Shown: positions 49,501 through 58,962, numbered from the stretch's first letter. The stretch is DNA of 64,000 bases from an uncultured delta proteobacterium (GCA_963782055.1 CAWAIF010000003.1:288001-352000), one strand, 5' to 3'. Program-made: numbers and translations. The notes: generated from the letters alone by a model not told the origin.

Positions 49501-52500
49501 CGGCGAAGAGCTCGGGCAGCGGCGCGAACTCGCCGGCGGCCTCCAGCAGCGCGGCGAGGCGCTCGGTCGCCTCGCGATCGTAAGGAGCGACCTTGCGGAT
49601 GCGCTCGTAGAGCTTGCGCGCGTTCTTGACGTCGCCGGACTGCTCCGCGTGCCCGGCGGCGTCGCGCCACGCCGCCACCGCCGCCGCCGTGTCGCCGCGC
49701 TCGGTGTGCAGGGCGCCGAGGCGCGAGAGCCAGAAGACGCGGTCCTCCGCGGTCTCGGCGAGCTCGGCGCGTCGCGCCGCGGCCATCCCCATCAGCTCGC
49801 CGTCGTCCAGGCGCTCCGCGACCTGCTCGACCACGTCGATCTCCCCGCTCCCGTTGAGCGGGTCCTCCAGAAGCGCGCGGCAGTGCGCCGTCGCGCGGTC
49901 GCGCAGGCCGTGCTCCGCCGCCACCGTGGCCACCCGCGCGTGCAGCGTGCGCTCGGCGTCGCCCGGCGGAGTGCGCGACAGGCGCTCCTCCAGCAGCGCG
50001 CAGATCTCCACCCAGCCGCCGGTCTTGCCGTAGACGTCGAGCAGCGCCTCCTCCACGGCGTCGGTCGGTCCCTCGGTCATCGCGGTCCGCAAGGTGGCCA
50101 CCGCGCTCGCGTCGTCGCCCAGCTCGTGGCGCTGGATGTTGGCGATCGCCATGAGCAGCCCGCGGCGCTTCTCGGTCCCCTGCTCGCGCTCCAGCGCGGC
50201 CGCGTAGAGCCGGAGCCGATCCTGCGGCGTGCCCTGCTCGCGGAGCAAAAGCTCCACGCTGGCGAGGAGGTCCGGGCCGGGGGCGAAGGCGAGCGCGCGC
50301 TGGTAGGCGGAGAGGGCGAGCCCCTGGTCTCCGGCCAGCGTGGCGGCGTCGCCCGCGGCCCGCGCGATGGCCAGTCGCGTGTCGTCGGTCACCGGGCCGT
50401 CGCCCAGCGCCTGGAAGAGCACCTCCGCGCGCCGGGGGGCGTCGGACGCTTGACCGAGGAGGCGGCCGAGCTGCTCGATCCAGGGCGACGGGTCCTGCGC
50501 CTCCGCCACGGCGATGGACAGCGCGTGGCGGAGCAGGTCGGTGGCGCGCCCCTGTTCGCTGGGCACCTGCTCGGCGATGGTGACGGCCTCGCGGATGGCG
50601 TGCAGCCGCTGCCCCGCATCGTCGGCGCGCGTGGCCACGGTGGAGAGCGCGCGGATCACGCCCGTCCGCGAGGCCTCCGTCCGGTACACCGCCTCCAGCG
50701 TCTCCGCCGCGGCGAGCGCGGTCTGATCGTCCTGCGAGGCGAGCAGCTTCTCCAGCGCGCCGCGGCTGCTGCGCTCGGTGGGGTCCGCCTCCAGGGCCGC
50801 GCGGAAGGCCTCGACCGCGCCAGCCACGTCGCGGCGGCCCTGCAGGCGCAGCGCGCCCAGCCGCCCGAGCGCCTCCGCCTTCTCGGTGCCATCGGAGAGG
50901 TCGGCGAGCGCGGCGAGCGCGCGGCTCATGCCCTCGAAGTCGCCCTGTAGCTCCAGCAGCGGGAGCCAGCGCTCCACGACCTCGCGCGTGGGGCCGAAGC
51001 GGTCGACGATGTCCGCCCACGCTTGCGCCGCGTCCGCCACGTTGCCCGAGGCCTCGGTGAGCGCCTCGGCGGCGCGCGTCATCAAAACGCGCTGCTCGTC
51101 CGGCGCGGTGCAGTCCTCGGCGCTAAGCCGGAGCACGCGCGCCAGGCCGATCGCGTCGCCCATCGAGGAGAGCAACGGCGCGAGCGCCTCGAGCGCGCGC
51201 GGTCGCGCCGGCGTGTCGAGCAGGGCCTGCCAGGCCCCGATGGCGCGCGCCGGGTCGTTGAGCGGGCCGGTCGCCAGGGTGGCGAGTTGCTCGCCGGCCG
51301 ACTGCCGCCGCACCAGGTCCGGATCGCCGCGCACCACGCGCTCGAGCATGTCTGCCAGCGAGACGTGGTCCTCGTCCTCGGCGTACAGCCGCGCGAGCGC
51401 GTGTGCCGCGGGGAGCGTCGCCACCTCGTCGACGCCGGGCACCGAGAGCGCGCTGGAGAAGGCGGCGCGGGCGCGCTTCATGTCGCCGGTGGCGAGGAGT
51501 AGCTCGCCCATCTCGGTGGCCAGACGCGCGCGAGCCCCAGGCTCCTTGGTCACGCCGATGAGGCGTCCCAGCGTGCGGGTGGAGTTGTCGTGCTTGCCCA
51601 GCGCGCGCGTGAGGGACACGTAGCGCTCGAGCAGGTCGGTGTCGGAGGCGTCCAGGGCCAGCGCGGCGTCTGCCGACTCGTACGCGCCGTGCGGGTCGTC
51701 CAGGTGGTCCTGGCGGATCGCCGTCAGCCCCTTGAGCGCTGCGGCGCGGTGGGTGCCCCGCGCGTGCTCCAGCTCCAGGGTGAGGAAGCGCGCGGCGTCC
51801 GCCCAGGCGCCTTGCGCCTGCGCCGCGCCGGCCAGGGCGGCCGCGGCGCGCGCCGCCGCCGTCCGCGACTCCAGCAAGGCGAGCGCCGCGTCGCGCGCGG
51901 CGGCGTGCTCCGGCTCGCGCGCGAGCAACCACTCGACGTGGGGCAGCGCGCGCTCCGGCTCGCCCGCCTCGGCGTAGATGCCGAGCAGGCGTGTCCGCAG
52001 CTCCACCTGGGCGTCGTCCTCGGGTGGCGGGTCCGCCGCGAGGTCCTGCTCCAGCAGCCTGGCCATGTCCTTCGGCCGGTTGGCGCGGAGCAGCGCCCCC
52101 TCGAGCCGCGCGCGCGACTCTCCGTCGGACGGCTCGATGCGCACGAGCTGTGCGAGGACGTCGGCGACGCGGTCCTGCGCGTCGGCCTGCTCGAACGCCG
52201 AGAGCGCCTTGCGCAGCAGCTCCGTCTGCTCGGCGCGCGGGCGGTGACCGGCGAGCTCCGCGAAGAACTCGCCGAGGCGCAGGAAGTCGCCCGTCTTGAC
52301 GAGCTGCGTCTCCAGCCGGCCGATGGCGCCCGTGTGGGTGGGCATCGCGGTCATGGCGCGGTCGAGGTAGCTCGCCGAGCCCATGTCGTCGCCGAAGACG
52401 TCGCCGAAGAAGACGGCGGCCTGGAACATGAACTCCGCCACCACGCCCGCCTGCAGCGTGCGGATGCGGCGATCCGCCGCGACCTCCTCGAAGGCGAAGG

Positions 52501-52693
52501 CCAGCTCGGCGAGCCGGTCGTCGCGGCGGGCGGCGTCGTGGAGCTTCGACCAGGCCTCGTCGGGGAGCTGCCCGCGCCCGAGGGCGAGGAGAAAGGCGTC
52601 GAGCACCTCCGGCTCTCGGTCGAGCCTCTCTTCGAGAGAGGAGAGGACGGCGGCCAAACCTGCGGTGGCGCGATGGCGAGACTGTTCGGTCAA
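40544..52693 (-). CDS. Giant (4049 aa) TPR-solenoid protein of the myxobacterial type
   Basis: 12.1-kb uninterrupted ORF with GC-rich third positions and dozens of TPR-like units ('A...Y..AL..DP....AL..L..L'). No signal peptide or TM seen. TTG start. Confidence 0.88.
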   Translation of the reverse strand: MTEQSRHRATAGLAAVLSSLEERLDREPEVLDAFLLALGRGQLPDEAWSKLHDAARRDDRLAELAFAFEEVAADRRIRTLQAGVVAEFMFQAAVFFGDVFGDDMGSASYLDRAMTAMPTHTGAIGRLETQLVKTGDFLRLGEFFAELAGHRPRAEQTELLRKALSAFEQADAQDRVADVLAQLVRIEPSDGESRARLEGALLRANRPKDMARLLEQDLAADPPPEDDAQVELRTRLLGIYAEAGEPERALPHVEWLLAREPEHAAARDAALALLESRTAAARAAAALAGAAQAQGAWADAARFLTLELEHARGTHRAAALKGLTAIRQDHLDDPHGAYESADAALALDASDTDLLERYVSLTRALGKHDNSTRTLGRLIGVTKEPGARARLATEMGELLLATGDMKRARAAFSSALSVPGVDEVATLPAAHALARLYAEDEDHVSLADMLERVVRGDPDLVRRQSAGEQLATLATGPLNDPARAIGAWQALLDTPARPRALEALAPLLSSMGDAIGLARVLRLSAEDCTAPDEQRVLMTRAAEALTEASGNVADAAQAWADIVDRFGPTREVVERWLPLLELQGDFEGMSRALAALADLSDGTEKAEALGRLGALRLQGRRDVAGAVEAFRAALEADPTERSSRGALEKLLASQDDQTALAAAETLEAVYRTEASRTGVIRALSTVATRADDAGQRLHAIREAVTIAEQVPSEQGRATDLLRHALSIAVAEAQDPSPWIEQLGRLLGQASDAPRRAEVLFQALGDGPVTDDTRLAIARAAGDAATLAGDQGLALSAYQRALAFAPGPDLLASVELLLREQGTPQDRLRLYAAALEREQGTEKRRGLLMAIANIQRHELGDDASAVATLRTAMTEGPTDAVEEALLDVYGKTGGWVEICALLEERLSRTPPGDAERTLHARVATVAAEHGLRDRATAHCRALLEDPLNGSGEIDVVEQVAERLDDGELMGMAAARRAELAETAEDRVFWLSRLGALHTERGDTAAAVAAWRDAAGHAEQSGDVKNARKLYERIRKVAPYDREATERLAALLEAAGEFAPLPELFAALVESAPGAEERKLSLMRLAQVLLERANDPAGAFDAAARAFLEAPSDPEALALLTRYALTSGEKTAYFRTLDTALERGGDQDPALRSRVWAARAEVLAEDPAHQTDALAALRAVVDDPFSEAGAKHHAADVCESILTRAQTPDADAWRWLLGWRAAQASTPQDRHAVIGRWARLEEGLLRAPDQALALWGQLSDANPEDADAASEVARLTLAAGDVDGALASLRSRLAYGDDDQKRRVRAELAGVLLAQGDRAGEALAELRGVLAEAPDHAGALRLLSKLLEDPAVGREASALLESSLESAHDAEAKMRVLSALVDGAKDAPKERRRGWFEELLELSRSQSEDAVYTVLLRAVAEFPEEAAFWDRAEQLARRLDRPVELGERYQAVLAGGHETELALEVGQRAVAFQEEWFEDAAGLIRILDRLVDLDPAGWAFDRLKLLYDSQERWDELFILYDRVIAAEGLDEIRHTDLLEDAAQVAKDFAKNAPRAIGYLEQLLNIKPDNERLIASLERLYERHGRHRELISLLGAQLPGKPEEEGQALRGRMARLWLDELSDAGSALLVVEDLIQHGDEGDNSLELLERILGAAPQGEAIKKTLPPTSSPVSERVSAAYESIAPRASSPPRASAPPKTARGRKRVLVRQRTASLLRERYAAAGRESDLARMLEVELEAVKNAKERMRRHRELAALYERLSENLLALEHCVSLVMLEPDAAAHREHLAALAEKTQRFDRFAEVLAAAADDCDSDELRASLLFQSGVVQSEKLGDDARAAELFFRVLALPVEDAVLLGAARRLDALLRDQGRDAERLGVLERIAELETDSAARKEALGEAADLATRIGEVDRAVAAWEGRLQGEESDLEALIGLVDLLQAQGRFGPLADALDRRARVLAAAERTHESREDRVRAARVQAENLGADGDAVASWESIERDFGEADDASEALAALYDARQEHAKLASTLERAAVRAHDEERRAALLVRLGDLLREHLERHDEAIRAYAQALHATPAHPGAIAGLDALLGREGSAEAAVRVLLESYRAGDDWQRILELLPHRLHVAKDDAERVKVLLEVVEMAEQRAGDLPRAFEAARDAFVLSAGDATIEDEAAGLAEPTGQWRAYADAHRVVIDTLEPQLPAGDERLLRLRYRLGEALEARLDDPRAALTAYLRVAADDPTSEAAGLAAIRTAARVQRWEAAARVAVDRSMLAGAPDEVLFAALETAASGPSAWDAVTSALEAELAERTGRTAPPGGEDQPPAALGGPVARDLEARLGAWHRDRRGDADAAEAAYTRALVHDPTSADVLRALAQLQRRNAGRPLIDSLLRLSQATGGDLDLLKEAAEVASAVVVDRSLAKTILERLIKVASDRWLGRDGDEPPMTLGSPAHPNEYVEWALAELLRIHNEEGAAERIVELLEQTAQLPFTGGRSRVLRHEAADVALSRLGDHDTAMRIWRALFDDEPRDASAAAHLGELYASLGKTDELLDLRQRQLAIAEDPAQRVELRLDAAGILRSLERVDEAIAALKQNLAEVPRDARSTLVLSEVLEQAGRWEELASFCAEQAALAEKDADPLSAVELWVRAATIADEKLADLGAALASYRRALALEVRPEALDAVARIHERREEWEEAAQHLDRLVREFPERQGAVVVRLADAYVRAGDDAAAQQRLEASLGVPDVPAEAAVHLAEIYERTEQWLPLAELTSARAASASESPQKLAFYKEAANLFMERCELPARAVPLLEAAAELAPDDRRLKLTLAEALQGAGRPDDARALLRAMIDAFAGRRPKGRAQVHFYLARIQLRAGERAHALTELEAATRIDPANPEILRMVAELARDDGQLEKAERSYRALLAVLRRADDDAPVLRSEVLVELSDVAGRQGEAERSAEILESAFEAAATSAAESRSLERALRKKGKHEALVRALEARLARTPQGPQAGEIIGELARVQESLGQTAEALATQLRALGVAPGAPAVHEATLALARRAGALSVYVDHALELADGAGKDARLATLLCLRAADALGELGDGARRIEVLRRAEQAGGLRMEVLSALDRAHGEAGDTEAQEAVLEKLAALQTENTARDPRAAADVLYRLAGLRLARPETTADACRMLETALSLAPDMERALGLAESALAAFGDEAPGPLLSVFARVARASGNEDAVARAVLLQAGQPGAPPDVVREAVGLAMSRGESAVAERFLARAAEDEAQDPAFLRWALLELAALREAAGERRGALLLRLRASAHAEAEEARALREQVASAARGEPGDADLAARAYELILDADPTDAQARGELVAVLRDAGDDARLAAAIDRVLPHADSDEERATLRLLRAKVLASRPDRADEAKADLRALLEERPRDAEAAALLVSLLEASGETEELAELLGTQLDAAKDREDAATVAALSLRLGRMLEPKDAEAARQAYAAGLDWEQHNRDLLLAMLRLLRESGDAIERADVMERLLASETGPGAEALALELAALRAEQWDNDAAERALLMGLRAHPASETLRDRLRATYEERGDDQKLAELLVTTAPGLEGAERRAAYLEAARLYGAGDDRTGTARAVRAAWLDAPDDAELLGMLVEAMSAREDLEEALQDMAEPFAQAGGAPHELVLLELRARLTSGLARHEEAIADAERVHALDVGRGAALLAMVLAAAADAAEGPDRAELRRRLATLLAAQGRGEEARAALEENLSADAGDLASLRALAELEEASEQWGAAADAYGRLAEAADAEALPDLALHLAELCERAENPGYAREALERARAVAPGDERLLHKLAEIYERTGAERELLELYVAEAEAATDPARRFELLLGAGQTLLTKLADAERAAEVLAAAHELKPTDFECVGLLADARIALGRLDGAEEALKAAVLSLKGRRSKDLAHVYLRLAHVARARGDRAAETQMLTTGLDMDGQNGVVASELADVAYEDENLDLATRALRAITMMRTAAPLPRAIAYERLGAIAVKQGDTRRAVMLLKRAIDDDPSLEYARELLAQLGA

Positions 52694-52865
52694 GTCCGGC
52701 TCCTTGGCCGTGACCGTCCACCGCGAGGGGCACGCTCCAGGGGCGCGGCCACGAGCGCGGTGCGGTCACCGGCGAAGGTCGAGGGTATCAACACGGCGCG
52801 GCGCCGTCAGCGGCTCGTGGCACCCTCTGGACCCGCGTTCAGTGAGCCCCCACCGCGCCGCGGCT

Positions 52866-54164
52866 TCAGACGGCGTCGGAGGCGCGGTACGGGCCGCCGC
52901 CGGTCAGCCGGCCGCGCTGCGCGGGGAACGCCCCCGCGCCGCGCGTCGCGACCACCACGCCGATGCCGGTGAGCACCACCGCGAGGGTGATCAGGCCTCC
53001 CACGAAGGGCACCGAGCTGGTCACGAGGTAGAGCGCGCAGCCCACGAGCAGGTGGAGGTACGGGTTGTCCGTCTTGTGGGCGACGAGCGCCTTGCCCACC
53101 GTGGAGAGCACCGAGCAGATGCCGGCGTAGGCCGCGAAGATGCCGACCAGGAGCGCGACGATCGCCACCGGGATGCCGATGACCGTGACGCACAGGGCGG
53201 CGACGCCGACAAGACCGAGAAAGAGGCCCACCACCCCGAGCGCGAAGGACCGCATGGGACGCGACGCGGCCTCCACCCGGAGCGACTCCATCTTGCGCGA
53301 GCCGAGGGCGAAGAGCACCGCACCGAAGACGAAGAGCATCGCCGTGCGGGTGAGCGCGTCGCCGATGCTGCGCAGCACGTGGTGCGGGCGCGAGATGCTC
53401 ACCGCGTCGGTGCCGTCGCCCGTCTTGTGCACCGCGCCGCCGATCTTGGCGCCCTTGGCGCGGTCGAGCACGCCGCCCACGACGCCCACGTTGCCGTCGA
53501 TCTGCGCGCCGTCGTCGACGTGCAGCGCCCCGCCCACCGCGGTGGCGTTGCCCACGACGTGCGCGCCCTTCTCGATGTGGGCGCTGCCGCCCATCACCGT
53601 CACGTTGCCCGTCGCCGTGCCCTGCACGTCGAGGTCGCCGCCGAGCACGGTGACGTCGTGGACGACCTCCTCCGGGCCGACCACCATGTTGCCCCCGTGG
53701 GCGACGCGATCCTCTCCGCGTGTCGTCGCCGCGGGCTTCGGCGCGGCCACGGGCGGCGGCGGCGCGGGCTCGACCGCGGCCGCCGTCGCGCCGGACGCCG
53801 GCGGCGGCGGCGCGGGCTCCGCGGCCTTCGGGGCGGGCGCGGCCTCCAGCGTGATCATGCTGCCGTCGCGCCGCGCGACGTAGTCGCCGTCGTCGAGCAG
53901 CACATCGAGCAGCTTGCCCGGCGGCTCGTTCTTGACGTGCACGTCCACCGGCCCCTTGCCGTCGTCCACGCGCGAGACCAGGTTCCAGCCTGCCGCACCG
54001 GCGAGCCGCGAGAGCGCCTCCGCGCGCGTCACGTGCGTGGCGTCCAGCGACACGGGCTTCTCGTCCTTCGGCCAGTTGCCGTCGTGCTTCACGCCGGCGA
54101 GCGCGCCGCCCGACACGGTGGCGGCGCAGAGGAAGGCGAGGACCATGCGAAACGTTCGGTTCAT
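52866..54164 (-). CDS. Signal peptide + STN-like domain + bactofilin-like beta-helix + multipass TM protein
   Basis: 'PVSLDA...EALSRLAGAAGWNLV...VDVHVKNEP..KLLDVLL', then repeats 'DVTVLGGDLDVQG', 'GNVTVMGG', 'GNATAVGG', 'GNVGVVGG', then about 5 TMs. Confidence 0.75.
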   Translation of the reverse strand: MNRTFRMVLAFLCAATVSGGALAGVKHDGNWPKDEKPVSLDATHVTRAEALSRLAGAAGWNLVSRVDDGKGPVDVHVKNEPPGKLLDVLLDDGDYVARRDGSMITLEAAPAPKAAEPAPPPPASGATAAAVEPAPPPPVAAPKPAATTRGEDRVAHGGNMVVGPEEVVHDVTVLGGDLDVQGTATGNVTVMGGSAHIEKGAHVVGNATAVGGALHVDDGAQIDGNVGVVGGVLDRAKGAKIGGAVHKTGDGTDAVSISRPHHVLRSIGDALTRTAMLFVFGAVLFALGSRKMESLRVEAASRPMRSFALGVVGLFLGLVGVAALCVTVIGIPVAIVALLVGIFAAYAGICSVLSTVGKALVAHKTDNPYLHLLVGCALYLVTSSVPFVGGLITLAVVLTGIGVVVATRGAGAFPAQRGRLTGGGPYRASDAV

Positions 54165-54679
54165 CGAGAGACTCCTGCGGTGGAAGGGGCGCGATGAGCC
54201 CGCGCGACGGCAAAGCCCATGAGGGCGAGAAGCGAGGCGCACGCGACCGACAGCAGTGGCGCGAAGAGGCCCTGCCTCGCGGCGTGGGCGATGGCGAGGG
54301 TGCTGGACACCAGCATCGAGGTCTCCTGCAGCATCGAGACGCCCTGGCGGACCAGGCTGGCGCCCCGGTCGGAGAAGGCGGGGGCGGCGCCGGCGGCGGC
54401 GAGCACGACCGCCGCGGCCACCAGCTTCCACGGGAAGCGGTACGCGGTGGGCGCCTCCCCCACCGGCACGTCCGCGCTCGCCGCCGCGCGCACGGCGACG
54501 CCCAGCTCCACCGACGCGAGCGCCATCTCGCCGACGGCGGCGGCGCAGGCCTCGCACTCCTCCAGGTGGCGCGCGGCGTCGTCCTCCAGCAGGGTGAGCT
54601 GCCCGTCGGCCGCGGCCTGCCGCGCCACCTCCGAGAGGTGGCCTGCGTCCCACACGAGCTCGTGATCCAGCTTCGTCAT
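54161..54679 (-). CDS. Zinc-binding (ZAS/zf-HC2) membrane anti-sigma factor
   Basis: 'GHLSE...HLEECEAC' (HxxxCxxC) and two hydrophobic segments. ATGA overlaps on both sides. Confidence 0.78.
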   Translation of the reverse strand: MTKLDHELVWDAGHLSEVARQAAADGQLTLLEDDAARHLEECEACAAAVGEMALASVELGVAVRAAASADVPVGEAPTAYRFPWKLVAAAVVLAAAGAAPAFSDRGASLVRQGVSMLQETSMLVSSTLAIAHAARQGLFAPLLSVACASLLALMGFAVARAHRAPSTAGVSR

Positions 54680-55272
54680 CGGGCCCTCCGCTCTCGCTCC
54701 TGGGCGAGCACGTCCGCCAGCGCGCGCCGGGCGCGCAGGATCCATGTCGCGACCGTGCCCAGCGGCACGCCGAGGCGCACGGCGATCTCGGCGTAACTGA
54801 GCCCCTCCACGTGGAAGAGGACGAGCGCTTCGCGCGAGCGCTCCGGCAGCGTCTGCAGCGCGCGGGCGACGATGGCGGCCTGCTCCGCGCTCACCACGCG
54901 ATCCAGCGGGGAGGGCGCCGGGTCGGGCACCGCTTCCACCGGCGAGGGCGACGAGTCGGTGGGCCCGTCCGGCGTCGCGCGCCGCACGCTGCGGGCCCTC
55001 GCGCGCAGCACGTCCAGCGCCACGTGCCGGGCGATGCCGACCACCCACGCGCGCAGCTCGGCACCCTGCCGAAGGCGCTCGCGCCCCTCGATCGCGCGGC
55101 GCAGCGTCTCGCTCACCACGTCCTTCACGTCGGCGTGGGCGGGCGCGGCGCGCAGCGTGGCCGACGCCACCGCCCGCACCAGCGGGGCCAGCGCGGCGAC
55201 CTGCTCGGCGAACGGGTCGCACGCGGGGATCACGCGAGGGGGAGCGGGCGACGGTATCGGCACGGACATCAT
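54676..55272 (-). CDS. ECF RNA polymerase sigma factor
   Basis: 'DVVSETL', 'AWVVGIARH..LD', 'LPERSREAL.L...EGLSYAEIA..LG.PLGTV'. Confidence 0.88.
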   Translation of the reverse strand: MMSVPIPSPAPPRVIPACDPFAEQVAALAPLVRAVASATLRAAPAHADVKDVVSETLRRAIEGRERLRQGAELRAWVVGIARHVALDVLRARARSVRRATPDGPTDSSPSPVEAVPDPAPSPLDRVVSAEQAAIVARALQTLPERSREALVLFHVEGLSYAEIAVRLGVPLGTVATWILRARRALADVLAQERERRAR

Positions 55273-55284
55273 CGAGCTTGAGGT

Positions 55285-55314
55285 GTCTTCGCCGCGGGGC
55301 GCCCGAAAATTTCA
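55285..55314 (-). promoter_or_regulatory. Candidate ECF-type autoregulatory promoter
   Basis: Minus strand reads TGAAATTTT, a GC-rich spacer, then CGAAGAC, ending about 12 nt before the sigma ATG. Confidence 0.35.
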
Positions 55315-55428
55315 GCCCTCACCCAACCCCCTGACATCACGCCCATTTTCGCACATGCCCGTGCCCGTGCCCCTGCCCCTGGAACCGATGGTGTCCGCTC
55401 GTTCTACCGGGCACGGGGTGGTGAGGGA

Positions 55429-56339
55429 TCAGGGCTTCGGGGTGACGCCCAGGACGTTGGGCACCGGACGGTAGTCCACGTTCCGGTCGCTCGCGAAGAA
55501 GCCGGTCTCGTAGCTGCCCACCGCGCGCACCGTCGTGGTGCCCGCGCGGACGTAGAGCGACGCCTCCGGCCCGCCCTCGGTGTGCATCGCGCTCGTCAGC
55601 CCGAGGCGCGGGTCGGCGAGCATCGCCGCGAGCGCGGTCATGGAGTACGGCGTGCGCACGTGACCGAGCACCAGCCGCCCCTGCTCGTCGGTCCCGACGA
55701 AGGACGCCGAGAAGATCTTGGGATCGCGCCACGGCACCGCGCGGCCGTCGCAGTCGAGGAGGCGGTAGTTCTGGATCACCGTGCGGTAGTCGCGCCGCAG
55801 CGCCGAAAGATCGAAGCCGGGGCAGCCGCGGCCCTCCGCCTTGACGGCGGGGAGCCCCGCGCGACGCGGGCCGAAGGCGAGGAAGCCGCCGTACTTCGGG
55901 TTGTCGCCGCCGTTGCCCACCGTCTTGCCGTCCACCATCAGCCCGACGCTGCGCTCGTCCTCGCCGTACATCGCCGCGTTGACCGCGGCGGAGAGCTTCT
56001 CGTCGTCGGCCCACTTCTCCACCGTCCGCGCGCCGCCGCGCGCGCGGCCCATCAGCAGCCGCGCGTCGTAGCGGGTGAGGTCGACGCGGACCAGGGTGAT
56101 GCAGCGGTCCCCCGCCTCGACCGTCGGTGCGGCGCTCGCGCGGACGCGCTCCACCGTCAGGCCGGGTGCGGCCTCGCTCGCGAGCGGCGCGTCCGGACAA
56201 GACGCGCCGCTCGCGGGGGCGCTCGCCGCCGCCGCCGGGCTCGGCGGTTTGTCCTTGCGCGAGCACGCCGCCGGCGAGGCGAGCGCGGCGAGGAGGGCGA
56301 GCCCGAGGGCGCGGGCGCCCGCGCCGCCCCCGGCCGGGT

Positions 56340-56343
<4 letters not shown>
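55429..56343 (-). CDS. Phosphodiester glycosidase (NAGPA/DUF2233)-like lipoprotein
   Basis: 'AACS' lipobox, 'AAVNAAMY', 'GLMVDG', 'AMHTEGGPEASL', 'PVPNVL'. GTGA overlap. Confidence 0.68.
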
Positions 56344-57605
<1,262 letters not shown>

Positions 57606-57638
57606 GTCAGTCCACCCGGCCGCGCACCATACCCCTTT

Positions 57639-58052
57639 TTACAGAAAGCGCGCGCGGAGCTCGGGTGTCGGGACGCGGCACGTGTCCGACTTGCCGAACC
57701 AGCGGTAGCGGTGCCGCGCGATGAAGCGGTACACGACGTCGCGCACGAAGCGCGGGACGACGATGAACAGGTACAAGAGCTTCCACCCCCCGGCGAGGCC
57801 GCGCGCGATGTGCAGCGCCGCGGTGGAGCGCTCCAGCACGCGATCGCCCTGCACCAGGAGGATGCTGTCGGGATCGCCGGACTCCTGGGGCGTGACGCCG
57901 TGCGCGCGCAAGAGCTCCTTGCCGGCGTCCGACTGCAGCGACGCGAAGCGGAAGTGGTGCCCCGGGTCGCGGTCGATGATGAAGTTCACCGTCGCGTTGC
58001 AGAGGTTGCAGACGCCGTCGAAGAGCACGATGGCCTCGCCACGATCCGCCAT
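57639..58052 (-). CDS. DCC-family (DUF393) thiol-disulfide oxidoreductase-like protein
   Basis: 'FDGVCNLC', 'FASLQS', 'YRFIARHRYRWFG...C'. Confidence 0.9.
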   Translation of the reverse strand: MADRGEAIVLFDGVCNLCNATVNFIIDRDPGHHFRFASLQSDAGKELLRAHGVTPQESGDPDSILLVQGDRVLERSTAALHIARGLAGGWKLLYLFIVVPRFVRDVVYRFIARHRYRWFGKSDTCRVPTPELRARFL

Positions 58053-58103
58053 GCGGGCATCGTGGGGCTCCCCGGGCGCGCGAGCAAGCCCCGCGCGCCC
58101 GAG

Positions 58104-58949
58104 CTACTCCGCGGCCGCGGGCAACCCCACGCTCGCCAGGTACTCCGCGGCGAGGTGGTCGACGTCGTTGTGCGAGGGGTGGAAGTCGCGCTGGAGGTAC
58201 TGCCGGATGCCGTGCGCGAAGACGTAGTTGCGGCCGCCCAGCTCGCGCCGGTTCTTGCGCACCGCGAGCCACTCCTTGCCCAGCTCGCGCGCGCTCGTCT
58301 TCTCCTGCGCGAGGAGGGTGACCGCCCCGGCCGCCCAGAAGGCGCACAAGAGCGACCCCGCGAGCGCCAGGCCGGCGACGCGCAGGCGGTAGCTCGGGTT
58401 GACCTGCTGCAGCACGTCGTACGCCACCGCGCGGTGCTCGATCTCCTCCGAGGCGTGCCAGAGCAGGAGGTCGCGCATCGCAGGGTCTGCCACGTCGAAA
58501 AAGCGCGCGGTGAGCGCGTTCTCCGCGAGCATGGCGGTGAAGTGCTCCGCCGCGGCCGTCGAGGCGAGGCGCAGCTCCGGGGAGCTCACGCGCTCGACGA
58601 GGCCGTAACAGACGCGCTCGTAGACCGCGAGGAAGCGGCGCACCTCCAGGCCGCGCTGCTCCAGGATCTTGTTGAAGACGTCGTGCTCCTTCGCGTGGCG
58701 CCCCTCCTGCCCGAAGAAGCCCTTGATGCGGGCGCGCAGCTCGGGGTCCTTCACCTCGTCCACGTAGTGGCGGACGCTGCGGACGAAGAAGCGCTCCCCC
58801 GCGGGGAAGAGCAGGTTGATGCCGTTGGCGATGTGCGTGGCGACGGCGCTGCCGCCGAACCAGTGGCGCGGCACGCCGGAGAAATCGATGTCGAGGTTGC
58901 GGACGCGCAGGCCGCGCGGCTGCCCCTCGTGGGCCGTCGTCTGGGTCAT
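58104..58949 (-). CDS. Predicted metal-dependent hydrolase (diiron-type)
   Basis: 'FPAGERFF', 'QEGRHAKEH', 'EHFTA', 'WHASEEIEHRAVAYD', 'FHP'. Confidence 0.87.
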   Translation of the reverse strand: MTQTTAHEGQPRGLRVRNLDIDFSGVPRHWFGGSAVATHIANGINLLFPAGERFFVRSVRHYVDEVKDPELRARIKGFFGQEGRHAKEHDVFNKILEQRGLEVRRFLAVYERVCYGLVERVSSPELRLASTAAAEHFTAMLAENALTARFFDVADPAMRDLLLWHASEEIEHRAVAYDVLQQVNPSYRLRVAGLALAGSLLCAFWAAGAVTLLAQEKTSARELGKEWLAVRKNRRELGGRNYVFAHGIRQYLQRDFHPSHNDVDHLAAEYLASVGLPAAAE

Positions 58950-58962
58950 GGCACCCCGAGCA

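Noticed and set aside
44468..50950. 2160-aa + strand ORF and 1550-aa alternative-frame ORF over the giant TPR gene
   Set aside because: Shadow ORFs expected in very GC-rich DNA, with no recognisable motifs.
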